DNA from: Bispira polyomma | Taxonomy: Eukaryota | NCBI GenBank assembly: GCA_965649765.1 | Contig: OZ287758.1 | Location: 33,170,001 to 33,234,000, forward strand | DNA length: 64,000 nucleotides | Direction: 5' to 3' | In this document: positions 1 through 13,249 of the stretch, one piece after another | How the letters are laid out: the number at the start of each line of letters is the position of its first letter | Numbering within the stretch: the stretch's first letter is position 1 | Translations under genes and position numbers: made by a program | Notes under the pieces: generated by a model | The model's database searches: none | The model's input: the letters and a program-made list of their open reading frames with translations, nothing else | What the model was told of the DNA's origin: nothing

Positions 1-1380
1 GTTATTATAAAAAATAATGGCTACCTCTCTGATACAGTTAGTGTAATGCGTGGAATAAGTCAAGGATGTCCTATATCTGTTTTACTCTTCATTCTTATAG
101 ATGAAATACTTACTCATAAGATTAAATATTCTAACTTATTGAAAGGGGTCACTGTAAAAGAGCAGAAAAACTGCAAATTACAGAAAATTCAATCAGAACT
201 CACATCTTGGAAAGAGAGTAAGCTAATTCTCTTTGTGAGAATCACTATTATAAAATCCTTAATCACACCTAAACAAATCTTTCCAGCACACTTTTTAAAT
301 ATACCATCTTACGTTATTAAAAGTGTGAATAAAATTTTATATAATTTTTTATGGCATAGTTTTGACCGAATTAAAATTTAGGTTAAATTTTAACAAAACA
401 CACCAATTCCCGATCTCTAAAGGCTACCTTTATTTCATCAAGAAGTCATTACCTGCTTTACCAAGTCAAAACTATGCTGTAATCGTCTGAATAAGGCTAA
501 CATACTAAACAGGTTATATGGGGGAATAGATTCTTCACTTGCCGGTCAAAAGAACACTGGCAAAATGTAATTTTATACTACAAAGAATGGTTACATGCTG
601 GCATCATGTATGTGTAGGATATAAAATTTGTGGACGGAATGTTAGATTGCAATTATATACATGATAAAGTGAAAAACAAAAGGAATATTTTTCAAGAAAT
701 GTGTATTTTAAATAGAGTCAATTCAGAGAAATAATTGGAACACATGTTCCGCTGAACGGTTTAAACAGTACAGTCCCTTTTTATAAGCACATTAATGGTA
801 CAAATATACGACAAAAAATCTAAATATTTTTACACAAAACATAGAAGAATAAATTGAAAAACCTTATCAAGAAATATTTTGAAAAAATTTCTTTGTAAAT
901 CAAGAAATAAATTTGAATACTATATACATGGTAAAAATAAAAGAGGTAAAAGACTTAAAATTGGCAGAATATAATTACAAAGTACTGCTAGCATCTTACC
1001 CTGCCTTGATAACCCAGTAAAATTTCAAACTATAATTTTGCCCATTCTTCAATACAAAGCATGATATAATACATTTACTATTCTCCCGTGTAAATGCAAG
1101 ACAGTATGGCATCATGCTGAAAACACCTTTAATACAAAAATAGAATTACACCAAATTGTTAGTAATGCTGGTGTTAAATGCGTAGTTTGACTTAATTGTT
1201 TGTCTCTTTCTATAATTCTGTATATATATAGAATGGTCATGTCACTATAATAATCTAAATCAGTGGTGCAATATCAATGTATTATGATGTTTGAAAGGTA
1301 ATACAAATATAAATGTGTAAAAGTTTAGGTGAAAAGTATGCAGAAACTGTCAAATATATGAGGAAGTTTATGATATATTT
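1..1380 (+). mobile_element. Decayed L1/Tx1-type LINE ORF2 3' remnant (RT motif plus C-terminal region, internally deleted)
   Basis: ORF 46..381 starts RGISQGCPISVLLFIL (RT QGCPLS motif) and jumps to the post-RT region (RITIIKSL...LYNFLW...DRIK); downstream frames are broken by stops and frameshifts. Confidence 0.75.
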
Positions 1381-1750
1381 ATTAAATATATGTATATATG
1401 TGTGCTTATTCATATATATGCCATGTAATTATATATTTGACAAGACAGCCTCATGAAAATGTTTGAAAATTTTGTATTAAGTGTAATTTAACAGAATTGC
1501 ACTTATGAGAACCAGATGATGAAATATTGTAGTCCACTAAACATTCATGTGTCTGTGCCTTCTGAAATCTTCTGTTTGAGACTGATTAACATGATGGTGT
1601 TTTTTGAACTTGTATTTCTTATTTGTAATTCAGATTGTTGCTGTTGAGGCTTAATAGCTTTGTTTGTATTAGAGTGATCAGTTGACCTTTTTATTTATAC
1701 GTCCTTGCTACATATTGAAAGGTACTTGACTTCTGGTTTTTTATTTGGGA

Positions 1751-1812
1751 ACCCCCCCCCCCCCCCCCCCCACCAGCAAAAAAAAAACAAAAAAAAAACA
1801 CACCCCCAAAAA
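1751..1812. repeat. Low-complexity poly-C / poly-A tract
   Basis: ~20 C followed by A-runs. Confidence 0.9.
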
Positions 1813-2499
1813 ATATAATCTGGGTCCTACTTCCCATCGTCAGTGTACAACATATAATCAGCAGCAATATTATCGCTATAACAAACATTATAACATACCT
1901 TAAGCATTGTAATATATTACAATTTCTGGAAAATTAAGAATATTTCCCAAAATACCTTCAACACAAAACATAAGAATATATAATTTACACAGGCTTTCAT
2001 AATACCGGTAAGTTGTGACTTATGTCTGAAACTCACACCTTCGCAGAAACAGTAGTTGTCTAAACCTACCTAAGATTAGGAAAGACAAAAAATCAGACTC
2101 AGACTTGCACTCTGTGGCTTCAGCCTTTAATGAAGGGCAAATCTTTACTGATAAGGACTTAGAGGCTGTGTTAGGAACTTCTGTGGGAATTCCTCATGAA
2201 TCTCCAGCCAGATGAGAACAAGTCACTCACCCACCAAGATTTAGCGAGCTGTCAGAACCTGCTCCCAACACTCCTCAAGTCCAGAGGGAAGTCATACCTC
2301 CCCCAGGGATAGATACTCTACAGATCTCTCCTGGGGATTTAATGTTAGAATTAAAATCCCTCCTGGCAGGATGGTCACAAAGAATGACCACCATTGAACA
2401 GAAGCTCTTTGAATTTCAGTTCTCACAGCTGCCACCGGAGATGACAGTTGCGGTCAATCTTCCGTTACCAGGCTTATTGCTGCTTTCTGGGTTCCTCCC

Positions 2500-2566
2500 C
2501 AATACTACTCAAAAACCAGTTGACATGCTACTCAATACTACTCAACAACCAGTTGACATGCTACTC
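2500..2566 (+). repeat. 33-bp tandem duplication in DIRS ORF1
   Basis: caatactactcaa(a/c)aaccagttgacatgctact x2. Confidence 0.85.
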
Positions 2567-2893
2567 AAAGCTTGGCTATGGGCTTTAGTCCATATTATGT
2601 TGAGACAAGTCACCAGATGCGTCCTCCTCAAGTTACCCAAACGGTGCCTAGAACTGCTCTTTCCAAGCCTAATCCAGTGTTTGCCGACAGCAGCAAAGTG
2701 GTTATTCCCACCTCTCCTCCCTTCAAGGGAACTCTCCCTCCAAGATATGTTCATTCTAGTGCCTATGTCACAACCACTATGTCTCGCCCAGAGACTCCCC
2801 ACTGAGGAAGTGGAGATTGAGTTGACAACTCCGGTAGAGGGTGAACTTTTTGGTTCACAACTCCAACCAGGGCAAGATGACGACTTGGTGTCA

Positions 2894-3144
2894 GTTTTTT
2901 TAATTTGAATTGGGATATTTAACGTCCACTCTAGTACCTGTTTAGGTTATATTGGGACGGGTAGTTGGAAATGCTGGACGAAACACTGCAAACAGTTGAT
3001 CAAGGTTCTGCACTGAAACCAGAGGCCAACAGTAAGTAACTACCACCTTTCCCACATAGGCATCAACAGAAGTCGAACTCACGCCGCCCAGAGGTGAGAG
3101 AGCAGTGATTGTGAAGCGCAATGCTTGCTAACCACCGCTGCCCC
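2894..3144 (-). mobile_element. tRNA-derived SINE (family A) inserted in DIRS ORF1
   Basis: Minus strand begins GGGGCAGCGGTGGTTAGC (A-box-like) with GAGTTCGAC (B-box-like); closely similar to 17005-17260; approximate TSD ttggtgtcag / ttgttgtcag. Confidence 0.85.
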
Positions 3145-6100
3145 TTTGTTGTCAGAAGCTGACACTGTCACTCTGGACCCATCTGCCTTCTCAGAGGAAC
3201 AGTCATTTACAGAAACTGTCATGTCTATAAGACAATTCATGGGATGGAATCATATAGAGTACCTCCCCACTAATACTGAGAATCCTTTCCAAGGACATTG
3301 ATCTCAGCCTGTACTTCTGGCCGACCACTGACTTCTTAGAAAGTGGGACTCCTTTCACCATGTAGCTACACATGGTTACAGTACTAAGGGTGTCGAAGGG
3401 GGCACTCTGCACCCAGACCAATTCATCAGGCTTTCCACGTCTCAACAAAGGTGGTACCTTCTTAGTACTATCACCAAAGAGAATGCTAATAAGGTTTCCC
3501 CCTCAACCAGCGGGAACCCCTCCCCCAGCCTTACCCAGCGCCAGGTCGTGGTCCTCCTCTCCGGCCATTTTAAACTCGATGTTTCAAAGGATATGCAAAC
3601 ATAAACTCTCTTCCACGGCTCCACCACTCAGACCTCTCCCACAGGAAGGTGTTCGTAAGATGGAGCATTCCCTATGGGAAGGAACTTAGATTTGCAACCA
3701 CAGCGCAGCCTAAAACAGGTGTATTACCAACCTCAATGAAAACTGCTCAGTGGCCAGAGCACGGATTAAGGAATCCATCGCTCAAGCGGAAACTCTCACC
3801 GGTTACTCGGGAGTATCTTCAGCATACCTGGATGAACACCTCAAGGAACAAAAATTTAAAAAGGACGTTTGTTATGTCTTGAGAAATCGGTCCAACACAT
3901 GTCTGATATAATGTTCACCCTAACGGCTAACTTTGTACTGATGAGACGTGACGCTTACATCCCTTTACTTAATTCTGGTATCCGCACAGATACCCTAAAC
4001 AAACTGAGAAATGATCCCTTTGACATGGCAGGTCTTTTTGAGGACCTCACTATCAGGGCAGCAGAGGAAGAGATCAGACAGGCTGACTTGCTTGCCCGTA
4101 CTGTCCAGGCCGCACCAGCTCAGGGCAATCCCGGGTCCCACAAGCATAACAAAAGATAAAGCCCATATCACACGGCTACCCAACCATCTACACAGGCTAC
4201 ATCTTCAAGCGTTAACCAGGATACTACCCCATCATGGGGGTCTTACCCCTCAGCCCCACTTCACGAAGAAATGGTGATGGCAACAACTACAGGGGACATC
4301 GCTCTTCCTGGTCAAAGTACCAATTTCATAAATCTGGGGCTAGGCCTCAGTAGTGTAAATGACAGTTTAGTTCACCGGGATGCCTAGTGTGCCTAGTGTG
4401 TAGACGATTTTTAGGATGTGAACTGTGTATATTGTGTAAAAAGAAACTCAATGTTTGTTCTGTAGTAGATGTTCCCGGTTTTCTTCTCAAAAGACAAATG
4501 TTTACTTAGCCACTGCTGCTCTTCATGCACCTTTTGTAACAGAAGTAAAAGTAAAAAGTGTAAAACATGTTTCTTTTGTTCCATCATGAAACCCTGCCCC
4601 AATGGTCTCAAATGTCACAAATGTTGCAAATCACCCCCTCTGTGGAAGGTAGCCTCTAGTTTTTCTGAGAACACTGGAGGTTCCGGGCTGTATCTCTGAT
4701 ACAAGCGGGATACTCGCTCCCTTTTCAAAGGAAACTCCCTCTGACAAGGTCTGTCTTAATAAACAGCGGGTACTCAAAACCAATAAAAAATGCAGCTCTA
4801 AAAGAGAGCATACAAAATATGATAGACAAACAAGCTGTGGAGAAAGTCTCCACACTAAGCTCCTTGGGTTTTTACAATCGCCTCTTCCTGGTCCCTAAAC
4901 CAAATGGAAAGTGGCGCCCCATTTTAGACCTCAGTACCTCAAATCTTTACCTCAAGGTCAAAAAGTTCAAAATGGAAACCCTGGAATCAATAAGGCTGTT
5001 GCTTCAAACAAACGAATGGGTAACCTTAATCGACTTCAGCTTTCCACATTTCCACAAACAAAAGGTCAAGGAAACACATGAGATTCTCATGGAACAGAGG
5101 TCCCTATCATTTCAAGGCCTTACCATTCGGTCCATCAACTGCCCCACTAGAGTTCACCTTCCTGGTCAAAGAGGTCAAACTCATAGCTTAAAGGTCAGGA
5201 ATCCGGCTATACCAGTACTTGGATGACTAGTTAATTCGGGCCACGTCCAGCAAAATCTGTTACCAACAAACCCAGAAACTGGTCTCCTTGGTACAAAATC
5301 TGGGTTGGTTAGTAAACATGGAGAAGTCGGAATTGATACCAAGAAAAAAATTCAACGGTTCATCTCGCCTGTGCCAGACACTGCAGCCTGGAGAATAGAC
5401 ACCAGAGCATACCATAGGAGGATCTAGACTTCTATGCCTATGTCCCCACAGCCTTGCTCGGGAAAGTAGTGAACAAAATCCTAAGCCACTGGAGCAGAGT
5501 TATCCTTATAGCACTGGGGTGTCCAGGGATGTCGTGGTTTTTGGATCTAGTATCCCTACCCACCCAAATCCCCTCCATGCCTGGTCCCTATAGAACATCT
5601 AGGATCAGAGACCAGGGATTCTCTGAGAGAGTGGCAAGCAGGATTGAGGCTCCTCAAAGAATCGTCTATGGAGCAAAGTGGTCCGTTTTTGTCCTTTGGT
5701 GCGACATACACGACATGGTCTTCCGGGCTCCTTCTCAACAAAATAGCTAATTTTAGCTGATTTCCTAATGCTAATAATAGCTGATTTCCTAATAATTTTC
5801 TTTGAGGACCGGAATCTTTAGCCCTCAACCATAGATGGTTACCGAACAGCCAATGCCGACAAGATAGGCAACTTTGTCATCAATACCAGTAGGGATGAGA
5901 ACCTCAACCGACTACTGGATAGTTTCCAAAGGCAGACGGGGAGTTCCAGCTTGGAACCTCTCCTTTATTTGTAGCAACTCACAAAAGCCCCCTCTGAACT
6001 TTGAGGGAAGGCTTCTCTAAAAAATGTCTCTTTCAAAACTGTTTTTCTTATGGCTTTAGCTTCGGGAAAACGGAGAAGTAAAATACATTCTTGGGTAAAT

Positions 6101-6799
6101 GACAACATAAGACACCAGCAGGACTGGTCAAAAGTCCCCCTTACTTTCTGGCCAAGAACCAATTGGCCCGAGACGGACCGGGTAGTGTAGCCCCTATGGA
6201 GATATCGGCTCTGGCCCCGTCCATAGACAGATCCCTCCCAGAGGATCATTCCCTATATCCGGTAGAGCCCTACGTTATTACTTGGACAGAACAAATTTTC
6301 TGTACAGTAGTCAAGGAAATTATCAGTTAATTATATTAAGTGGAAGAATGGATGAAGTAATTAATCCCCAGTTCCAGTAATTGTCTATTATAAGAGTACC
6401 CAATATACAGTTAGGCACTGCTGTTATTAATTAAGAAGTTAGAGGAGAGGAGTTGACCAATCTAATTAGTCTCTTTCCCTCTATAAACAATTAAAAAGTT
6501 AGCACTTAGTAATTAGGCTGCTTTTTATTTTCGTCTATTCATTATGAGTTTTTTTCTCCTCAATCAGTCAAATCTCATCAGGCTTTCTCCCTGTGGTTAG
6601 GTGTATGTTGATTATAATCGTCCCCTACTTCTACCATAGTGGAGAGAGAAAACAAAAGGGGGGGCGGGTCGGTCCGACCGGTTACGGGTGACAAAGACAT
6701 AAACCTATAGTAACAACATAAGCACCAAAATCTGTGCTATTTTAAGACCTTTCCACCTGTCTAGTATAACGCCATCCAACCATTAGGTAGTCAATCTAG

Positions 6800-7700
6800 C
6801 TAATGTCTGTCAGGTAAGTACATACATATATTACATATCACTTTCAGGTATGAAGTGACATCTGTGCGACAACCCAAGCGAAAAATAACCCTGCATAGGT
6901 TGTTTTGGATGGACTGGAGCTTTTTGATCTGTGACTTGTTTACTCCGAACAGAAGAGAGTTGTAGTAGTTGAGGCGGCTGTTAAGAAGGGCGTTAGCCAC
7001 CTTTATCGCTGTGTCCATTGACAGGTGGTTTTGTATTCTTTTGATGTCGTGTACATGGTAATAGCAGGAGTGACAGATGTTAGCAATATGAGTGTCAAAC
7101 AAAAAAGCTAAATCAAAAGTGACACCCAGGTTTTTGGCATTTTCCGAAGGTAGTCTTTACCCAGAAGGGAGATGGGAAACAATGATTTTAAGAATTCACT
7201 GTTTTTCTTGTTTCCAAAGAGGATAAATTCCATTTTGTCCGGGTTTAGTTTTAGTTTGGAGTAGTTCATCTATGCCTGGACATGAGACAGACAGTCTTCA
7301 AGTAGGTCAATATTTTTGTTTGCGTTTTAAGGGTTGAGAGAGATAGACTTGAGTGCCATCTGCATACATGTGGTGTTTTATGTTATGATTATTAATGACA
7401 GTGCTCAGAGGATGTGTATAAAGGGTGAAAAGTAGAAGTCCAAGGACGGATCCCTGGGGTACTCCGTATGGTAGGTTTATGGAAGAGGATAGGCAATCAT
7501 CTGGCTTAATTTTTTGTGCTCTAAGAATAAGGTAGGATCTGATCCATTTAAGGACACTGTCATTTATCCCAAACCACTGCTTGAGAGTATCGCAGAGCAG
7601 GCCATGATCAATACTGTCGTATGTTACTGAAAGATCTAGAAGAGTGAGGGCCACTGTTTCGGTGCAGTCCAGTGCAAGATTAATATCATTGCTTATAGAA
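6800..7700 (-). mobile_element. L2-clade LINE RT fragment (decayed)
   Basis: LLDLSVTYDSIDH...GVPQGSVLGLLLFTLY...MYADGTQVY; ALLNSRLNYYNSLLFG...LQSIQN. Confidence 0.88.
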
Positions 7701-8239
7701 AAAAGGGCACTTTCTGTAGAATAGAATTTTCAGTAAGCAGATTTTTGACCATTTTGGTCAATTTCCAGTATTTTGATCTGATCTGATGATCTGGCCCCAA
7801 TAGGCCACTGCATTCTGTTCTTGTTAATTTAGCGTTATAAATTTTGGATATTGTTGAGGGTTGAATAGATGTCAAGTATCTCATTAACTAGCGTTTAAGA
7901 GATTTGGAATGTGTTGTCAGCGTATTTCACAAAACAAGATGGCTTCCTAAAAAGAAGACCTACACATAGTGCACAACAAAGGTTGCTTCATGCAGCATCA
8001 AACGTAAAGCCTGGTCAAAGGGCTGTCAGCATGATAACCTCTGGATATATTGATGTTATTCCAATACACCTCTCCTCCTTGTTTTACCTGCTGGATCATC
8101 AGCTTCCAAAACCCCATCTACATGATCCTTTAGAAACCCAACAGCAAAAATGATGTGTACAACAAAACTGCAATATTTGAAATGCTGGAAAAAGACTAGA
8201 AAGATAAATATATAGCAATAAAAACACTGGCACTTGGTT

Positions 8240-8435
8240 TATGTGTAGTTTTAGGAAAAAGCTTAAAATCTATCTTTTTAGCATTGCCTACCCACTTTAG
8301 CTTCCCTCGTGCACGCTCCTACTTCCTTCCTTACGACTTTGCTATGTCTATGGACTTTTTGATTGGATTAATAATTCTACTGTTGCCTAGCATCAAAAAA
8401 ACGTGTTAGAAATTCATAATAATAAGAATAATTAC
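8240..8435 (+). mobile_element. L2 LINE extreme 3' end fragment
   Basis: SFRKKLKIYLFSIAYPL* followed by short UTR and (AAT)n-like tail. Confidence 0.6.
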
Positions 8436-8530
8436 AAGCCTCTGTCCATAGTTCCATGAAAAAGTCTATGGATTGTTTGCTGGAAACTTCAATGACTCAT
8501 AGCAAATTTGTGTCTTAGTAGAAGGGATAA

Positions 8531-9543
8531 TTTTTACCCCACAGCCTATAAAGGCTGGTGGGGTATTGTTTTCACCCCTGTCGTCCAGCTGGGTGGGTGG
8601 GCGGGTGGCGGCTGCTAAACTTGTCTGGCCAGATCTCGGCCACCATAAGGTGGAAGAAGTTCAAACTTGGCCGGGATGTTCCTTAAGGGGTTTAGTTTTG
8701 AAACGTCATGGTTTAATCTCAGTGTGACCTTGCCCCTGTGACCTTAGACTTGAAATCTTGTCCGAGCTGTATCTCGGCAATTGTAAGGTGGTAAAAGTTC
8801 AAACTTGGCAGGGATGTTTCTTCGGAAGTCTAGTTGTGCAACATCATGGTCTGACCTCAGTTTAACCTTTGATTTTTCCATTGTGACCTTGGGCTTGAAA
8901 ATCTTGTCTGGGCTGTATCTCGGAAACCGTAAGGTGGAAGAAGTTCAAACTTGACAGGGATGTTCCTTAGGGGGTCTAGTTGTGCAACGTCATGGTCTGA
9001 CCTCAGTTTGACCTTTGACCTTGCCCCTGTGACCTTGGAGTTGAAAATATTGTCCTGGCTGTATCTCGTCAAATGTAAGGTGGAAGAAGTTCATACTTGG
9101 CAGGGATGTTCCTTAGAGGGTCTAGTTGTGCAACGTCATGGTCTGACCTCGGTTTTACCTTTGACCTTGCCCCTGTGACCTTGGACTTGAAAGTTTTCTC
9201 CAGGCTGTATCTCAGCAACCGTAAGTTCAAGAAGTTCAAACTTGGCAGGGATGTTTTTGGGGGGTCTAGTTGTGCAACGTAACTGATTATTAAATTGGTA
9301 GCCCACTAATACATTGTAAAGGTTCGTAACTTTTTGCTGAAAAATTAGTGCTCTCATCTCACTACTGTATTTTTTATTTAATACATTGTCTTCACATACA
9401 TTGCTCCTATACCTTTACATAACTTACACTTTGTCTCTTGCACACAACACATTACCAGTTGTACATTTTCACCTCTTCTGTATCTGCTGGTCTCTCTGAC
9501 CATTCACCCAAGCTGTGGGGTACGGGTATCTCTGATGCTATTT
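8531..9543 (+). mobile_element. Non-autonomous Helitron/Helentron-like element (HINE) with ~4.5 x 146-bp internal tandem repeat
   Basis: 5' taccccacagc recurs inverted near the 3' end (gctgtggggta ~9512); 5' hairpin and GGGT/GGC microsatellite; unit anchors at 8663, 8801, 8947, 9093, 9238. Confidence 0.75.
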
Positions 9544-9544
9544 T

Positions 9545-12500
9545 ATGAAGGATGTTCAAAGGATGTAAATGAGGTTGATTCGTAGAAACTGAGGAATGTT
9601 TCGTTCACCACCAATGAGTTGTTTCCTGTAGCAAAGTTAGCTGAGGTTCAACAGAACTTATTCAGTGGTCTCGTATGAGTAGGGACTCTTCAAGTGCACA
9701 TAAGGCCAAGAGAGATAGTTCCTTCAGATATGCTGTCTCAACCAAGGATACTAAGGGACAAGGAAGAGGTTCTTTTCGTCCTTACAGAGGATACTCTAGC
9801 ACCTCAGACTCAGCTCCTAGAGGTCGTGGATACTTCTCTTCAGGTAGGGCTTCCTTCAGAGGTTCCAGGAGTACCAGAAGGAAGTGACAATCAGCATCCA
9901 GAAGGCCGTTTGTCCATTTATTGGCAGGTATGGCAACAACTAAATGCTCACCCAAGGATTGTGCAAATTCTGAAAGAGGGGTATTGCCTAAATTTCAATA
10001 ACCTTCCACCTTTGTCAAATTATGCTATGATAAAAAGCAAATATTTAGATTGAGAGAAACAGCAGTTTTTTAAGGTAGCTGTTTAACAAAAGGCAATACT
10101 TCCGGTCAGGAAGTGCTTATCCCTGGGGTTTTACAGTCGACTATTTCTTGTTCCAAACCCTGGAAAGAAATGGCTGCCAGTGATAGATTTAAATCAGGTA
10201 AACAAGTATTTACATGTTCTGACTTTCAAGATGGAAATGGCAGAAAACGATTTGAAATTCGTTGCAGCAGGGCGAATGGCTAGCATCTCTCAACCTTACA
10301 GAGGCATATTTCCATATACCTATACATCCAAGGTACCAAAAATAATTTCAGTTTATTGTAGGTGAAAGGTCTTACCAGTTCACTTCACTACCATTCGGAA
10401 TTGCTACAGCTCCATTAGAGGTCACAAGGGTAGCAAAAGAGAAGCTCTGGCTCAGGGCTTGAGAATTGACATTGACGATTGAATGCCAAGTCGATATTCA
10501 AAGGCTAGTAGACCTGGTTCAAAAGCTAGGATGGTTGATAAATTTCTCAAAATTGGAATTGATACAATCTCAAAACACCGACTTTCTAGGGTACCAGTTC
10601 GACTTACAAAACGGTCTAGTCTGATTGATCGATTTGTTACAGGAAAAAATTGTTTCCATGTTGAAGTACAAATGACAACTCCAAGGAACCTAATGTTTCT
10701 CATTGGGAACATGGCTTCAATAGAGAAGACCACCCCACAGGGTCGTCTGCATATGAGGCCGTACCAGTGGTATGTCAAGATGAATTGGAAGTATCCTCAC
10801 TGGATATTCCACTCCTCTGAGTCAAGTCATGAGGTCACATTTGGAATGGTGGACAAAACTTCCAAATCTGTTGAAACTTCTCCATTAGAATGAGTTCAGA
10901 CTTCTTCTGTTCATGGATGCTTCAGAGAAGGGCTGGGGTGCTCATCTGAACCATCTTACAGCAAGTGGTCTGTAGAATCATATGAAACAAAACTTTACAT
11001 AAACATATTGGACTTAAAGGCAGTGTTTCAAGCTCTCAAGGCTTTTCAAACTCCGATTCTAAATCAAAACATATTGGGTTTTCACATATTGGTTTCCACA
11101 GAAAACTCCACTGTAGTATCTTGCAACAAAGAGGGAAGAACACATTACATGGAAATGTGTGTTTTTGTGTGGAGGATTCTGGCATGGACGAATGTCAGAG
11201 GAATCCAAATAAGAGCCAAGCACATTCCAGGGAATTTCAATGTTTTGTCAGATGCTCTATCTCGAAGAGACAAGGTGATTCAGACCGAATGGTCTCTGAA
11301 TCCTCAGGTCTTTCAGATGATTTGTCACATTTGGCATCAACCTTTGGTTTTGGGACCTCACTGTGGTGGAATATGTTGCAGCCATTCAGCAACAGATTTC
11401 ACAACAATCTGGAATATCTAAATCTTCATGTTTGGCACCTCCAGTCAGATCTGAATATTCACAAAAACTTTCAGACAAAGTGGCTAAAAGAATTAAGGAA
11501 CCTCAGAGACCTTAGTAAGGTGGACATCTGAAATATCACTATACCAAATGTGGCAAATTTCCTGAATTTTTTGTTTGGGGGAAAGGCTTGAAATCATCTA
11601 CCATTGCAGGATTAGAATTGCTATTGCGGATGGTCTTGTTACTAGAGGTGATACTATTTCTAACAGTCTAGACTTGAATCGACTTATTGGCAGTTTCTAT
11701 AGGGATAAGCCAGTAGTAAATACATCCATACCAAATTGGGATTTGTGTCTGGTACTTCTGTCACTTACTGTCCTTTTGAACCGTTAGGTAAGCATCTGTC
11801 AAGATTTTGGCTTACAAAACTATCTTTCTTTTGGCCTTAGCTTCTGGCAAAAGAAGTGAGATTCATTCTTCGACTGAGTTATAAGGGCAATTGGTCTGAG
11901 GTTACTTTTTCACCATCACTAGCGTTTTTAGCAAGTAACCACTTAACGTCTGATGGTCCAAATGTCATCAAACAAGTGGTTATTCCAGCTTGGAACCTCA
12001 GTTTGCCCTGTGAGAGCTTTAAAGTACTACTTAGATAGAACGAAAAAACTAAGAACAAATAAGAAACTCTTGCTTGTTGCTATTAAGGAAGGACATAACA
12101 GAGACATCTCTAAGGTCACGATTTCCTCTTGGCTGAAACAGACAGTCTTATTGGCATATGAGAAGTCAAACAGTGAGACACAGTAAAATTGTCAAGTAAA
12201 AGCTCATGATATTAGATCTATAGCTGCATCTTTAGCCTTTCAGGGTGGCATTTCATTCGATGAGATTTTGAATGCTTGCTGTTGGAAATCCCAGAATACT
12301 TTTACCAACTTTAATCTCAAAGACCTCAGTTAGCATAATGGTCAAATGCTTCATTTGGGTCCAGTTGTGTCTGCACAGCATGTTGTAACTTTATAAGTTA
12401 TAATTTTATGCTTATTTAAAATGTCTGCATGTATGATGTGTTCACAAAGTATTTGTTCTTTGAATATATATCTTTGTTCTTTCTTCTTTTGCAGGATGAC

Positions 12501-13200
12501 TGGCATACCACAACAGTTTGTACATAGTTTTTGTGGTTGGCTTGATTCCTGACTGGAAACCTGTGATGTGCTGATGACACTCCCACTTTAGAGTCGACCC
12601 ACTTATTCGTGGTGGTGGTCTGTACAAATGTAGACACGTTGTACAGTATTTTTACCTGCAGATTTACAGAACAGCTTCGTACCTGGCATCTCTTGAGGTA
12701 TTGTGCATTTTACCTTATGTAGCTTATTGTTTGCTATGATAAGTACATACATTACCAGCGTGGCATTTTAAGCTCTAATAACCAAGATTGCTGGTGCAGT
12801 TGTGTAATAGGTCTACTTATGGACTATTCGCACTGCTGTTAGGGTGGTAGGGGTTCTAAAAGAATTCCCTCTATCCAATTAGGCTGGATTCTGCTATATT
12901 AGGAAATAGTAGTAATATTTTGCTATAAAATTGAAAAATTTAATATTACTTTAAATTTTTATTAGAAATTTTTTTCATTCCGGCCATCACCACATGAAAT
13001 TCTTATACTAGTTTTACAACAAAAATAATGAAGGAAACATGCAGTCATGTGACCCTTTTGGCGAGAGGACGGACTAATGTACATTCCCATTGGCTGGTTA
13101 AGTTTTGCTTGCCTGCGTTATCCAATGGGTTAGATGGCTCCAACAAATAGCTATATTAGGAAATTATAAGTATTTCTAATGAAAATTTAAATTAAGATTA
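9545..13200 (+). mobile_element. Decayed DIRS1-like retrotransposon (copy 2, 5'-truncated, 3' non-coding end retained)
   Basis: RT (GFYSRLFLVPNPGKKWLPVIDL), RNase H (FMDASEKGWGAHL...HIPGNFNVLSDALSR), YR (LALASGKRSE; CPVRALKYYLDRT; KAHDIRSIAAS; WKSQNTFTNF) ending ~12390; motif gctatattaggaaat repeated at ~12893 and ~13150. Confidence 0.9.
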
Positions 13201-13249
13201 AATTTTACAAATTGGTTAGAAAATTAAGCAATGTAGTAAACTGAAAGTA

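Larger units (their letters stand above)
1921..6295 (+). mobile_element. Decayed DIRS1-like tyrosine-recombinase retrotransposon (copy 1)
   Basis: Gag-like ORF1 pieces (~2022-4390, e.g. ETVMSIRQFMGWNHI; ANFVLMRRDAYI); RT at 4819-5226 (GFYNRLFLVPKPNGKWRPILDL...FKMETL); RNase H largely deleted near 5345; YR pieces at 5600-6290 (QGFSERVASRIEAPQR; FKTVFLMALASGKRRSKIH). Many stops and frameshifts; ends approximate. Confidence 0.88.

Noticed and set aside
1691-1888. 65-aa ORF with poly-Gly/Phe
   Set aside because: Translation of the poly-C/poly-A tract
8640-9280. Regularly spaced repeats here and at 27.8-28.5 kb and 31.7-32.6 kb as CRISPR arrays
   Set aside because: Whole units repeat with no unique spacers, there are no cas genes, and the context is eukaryotic
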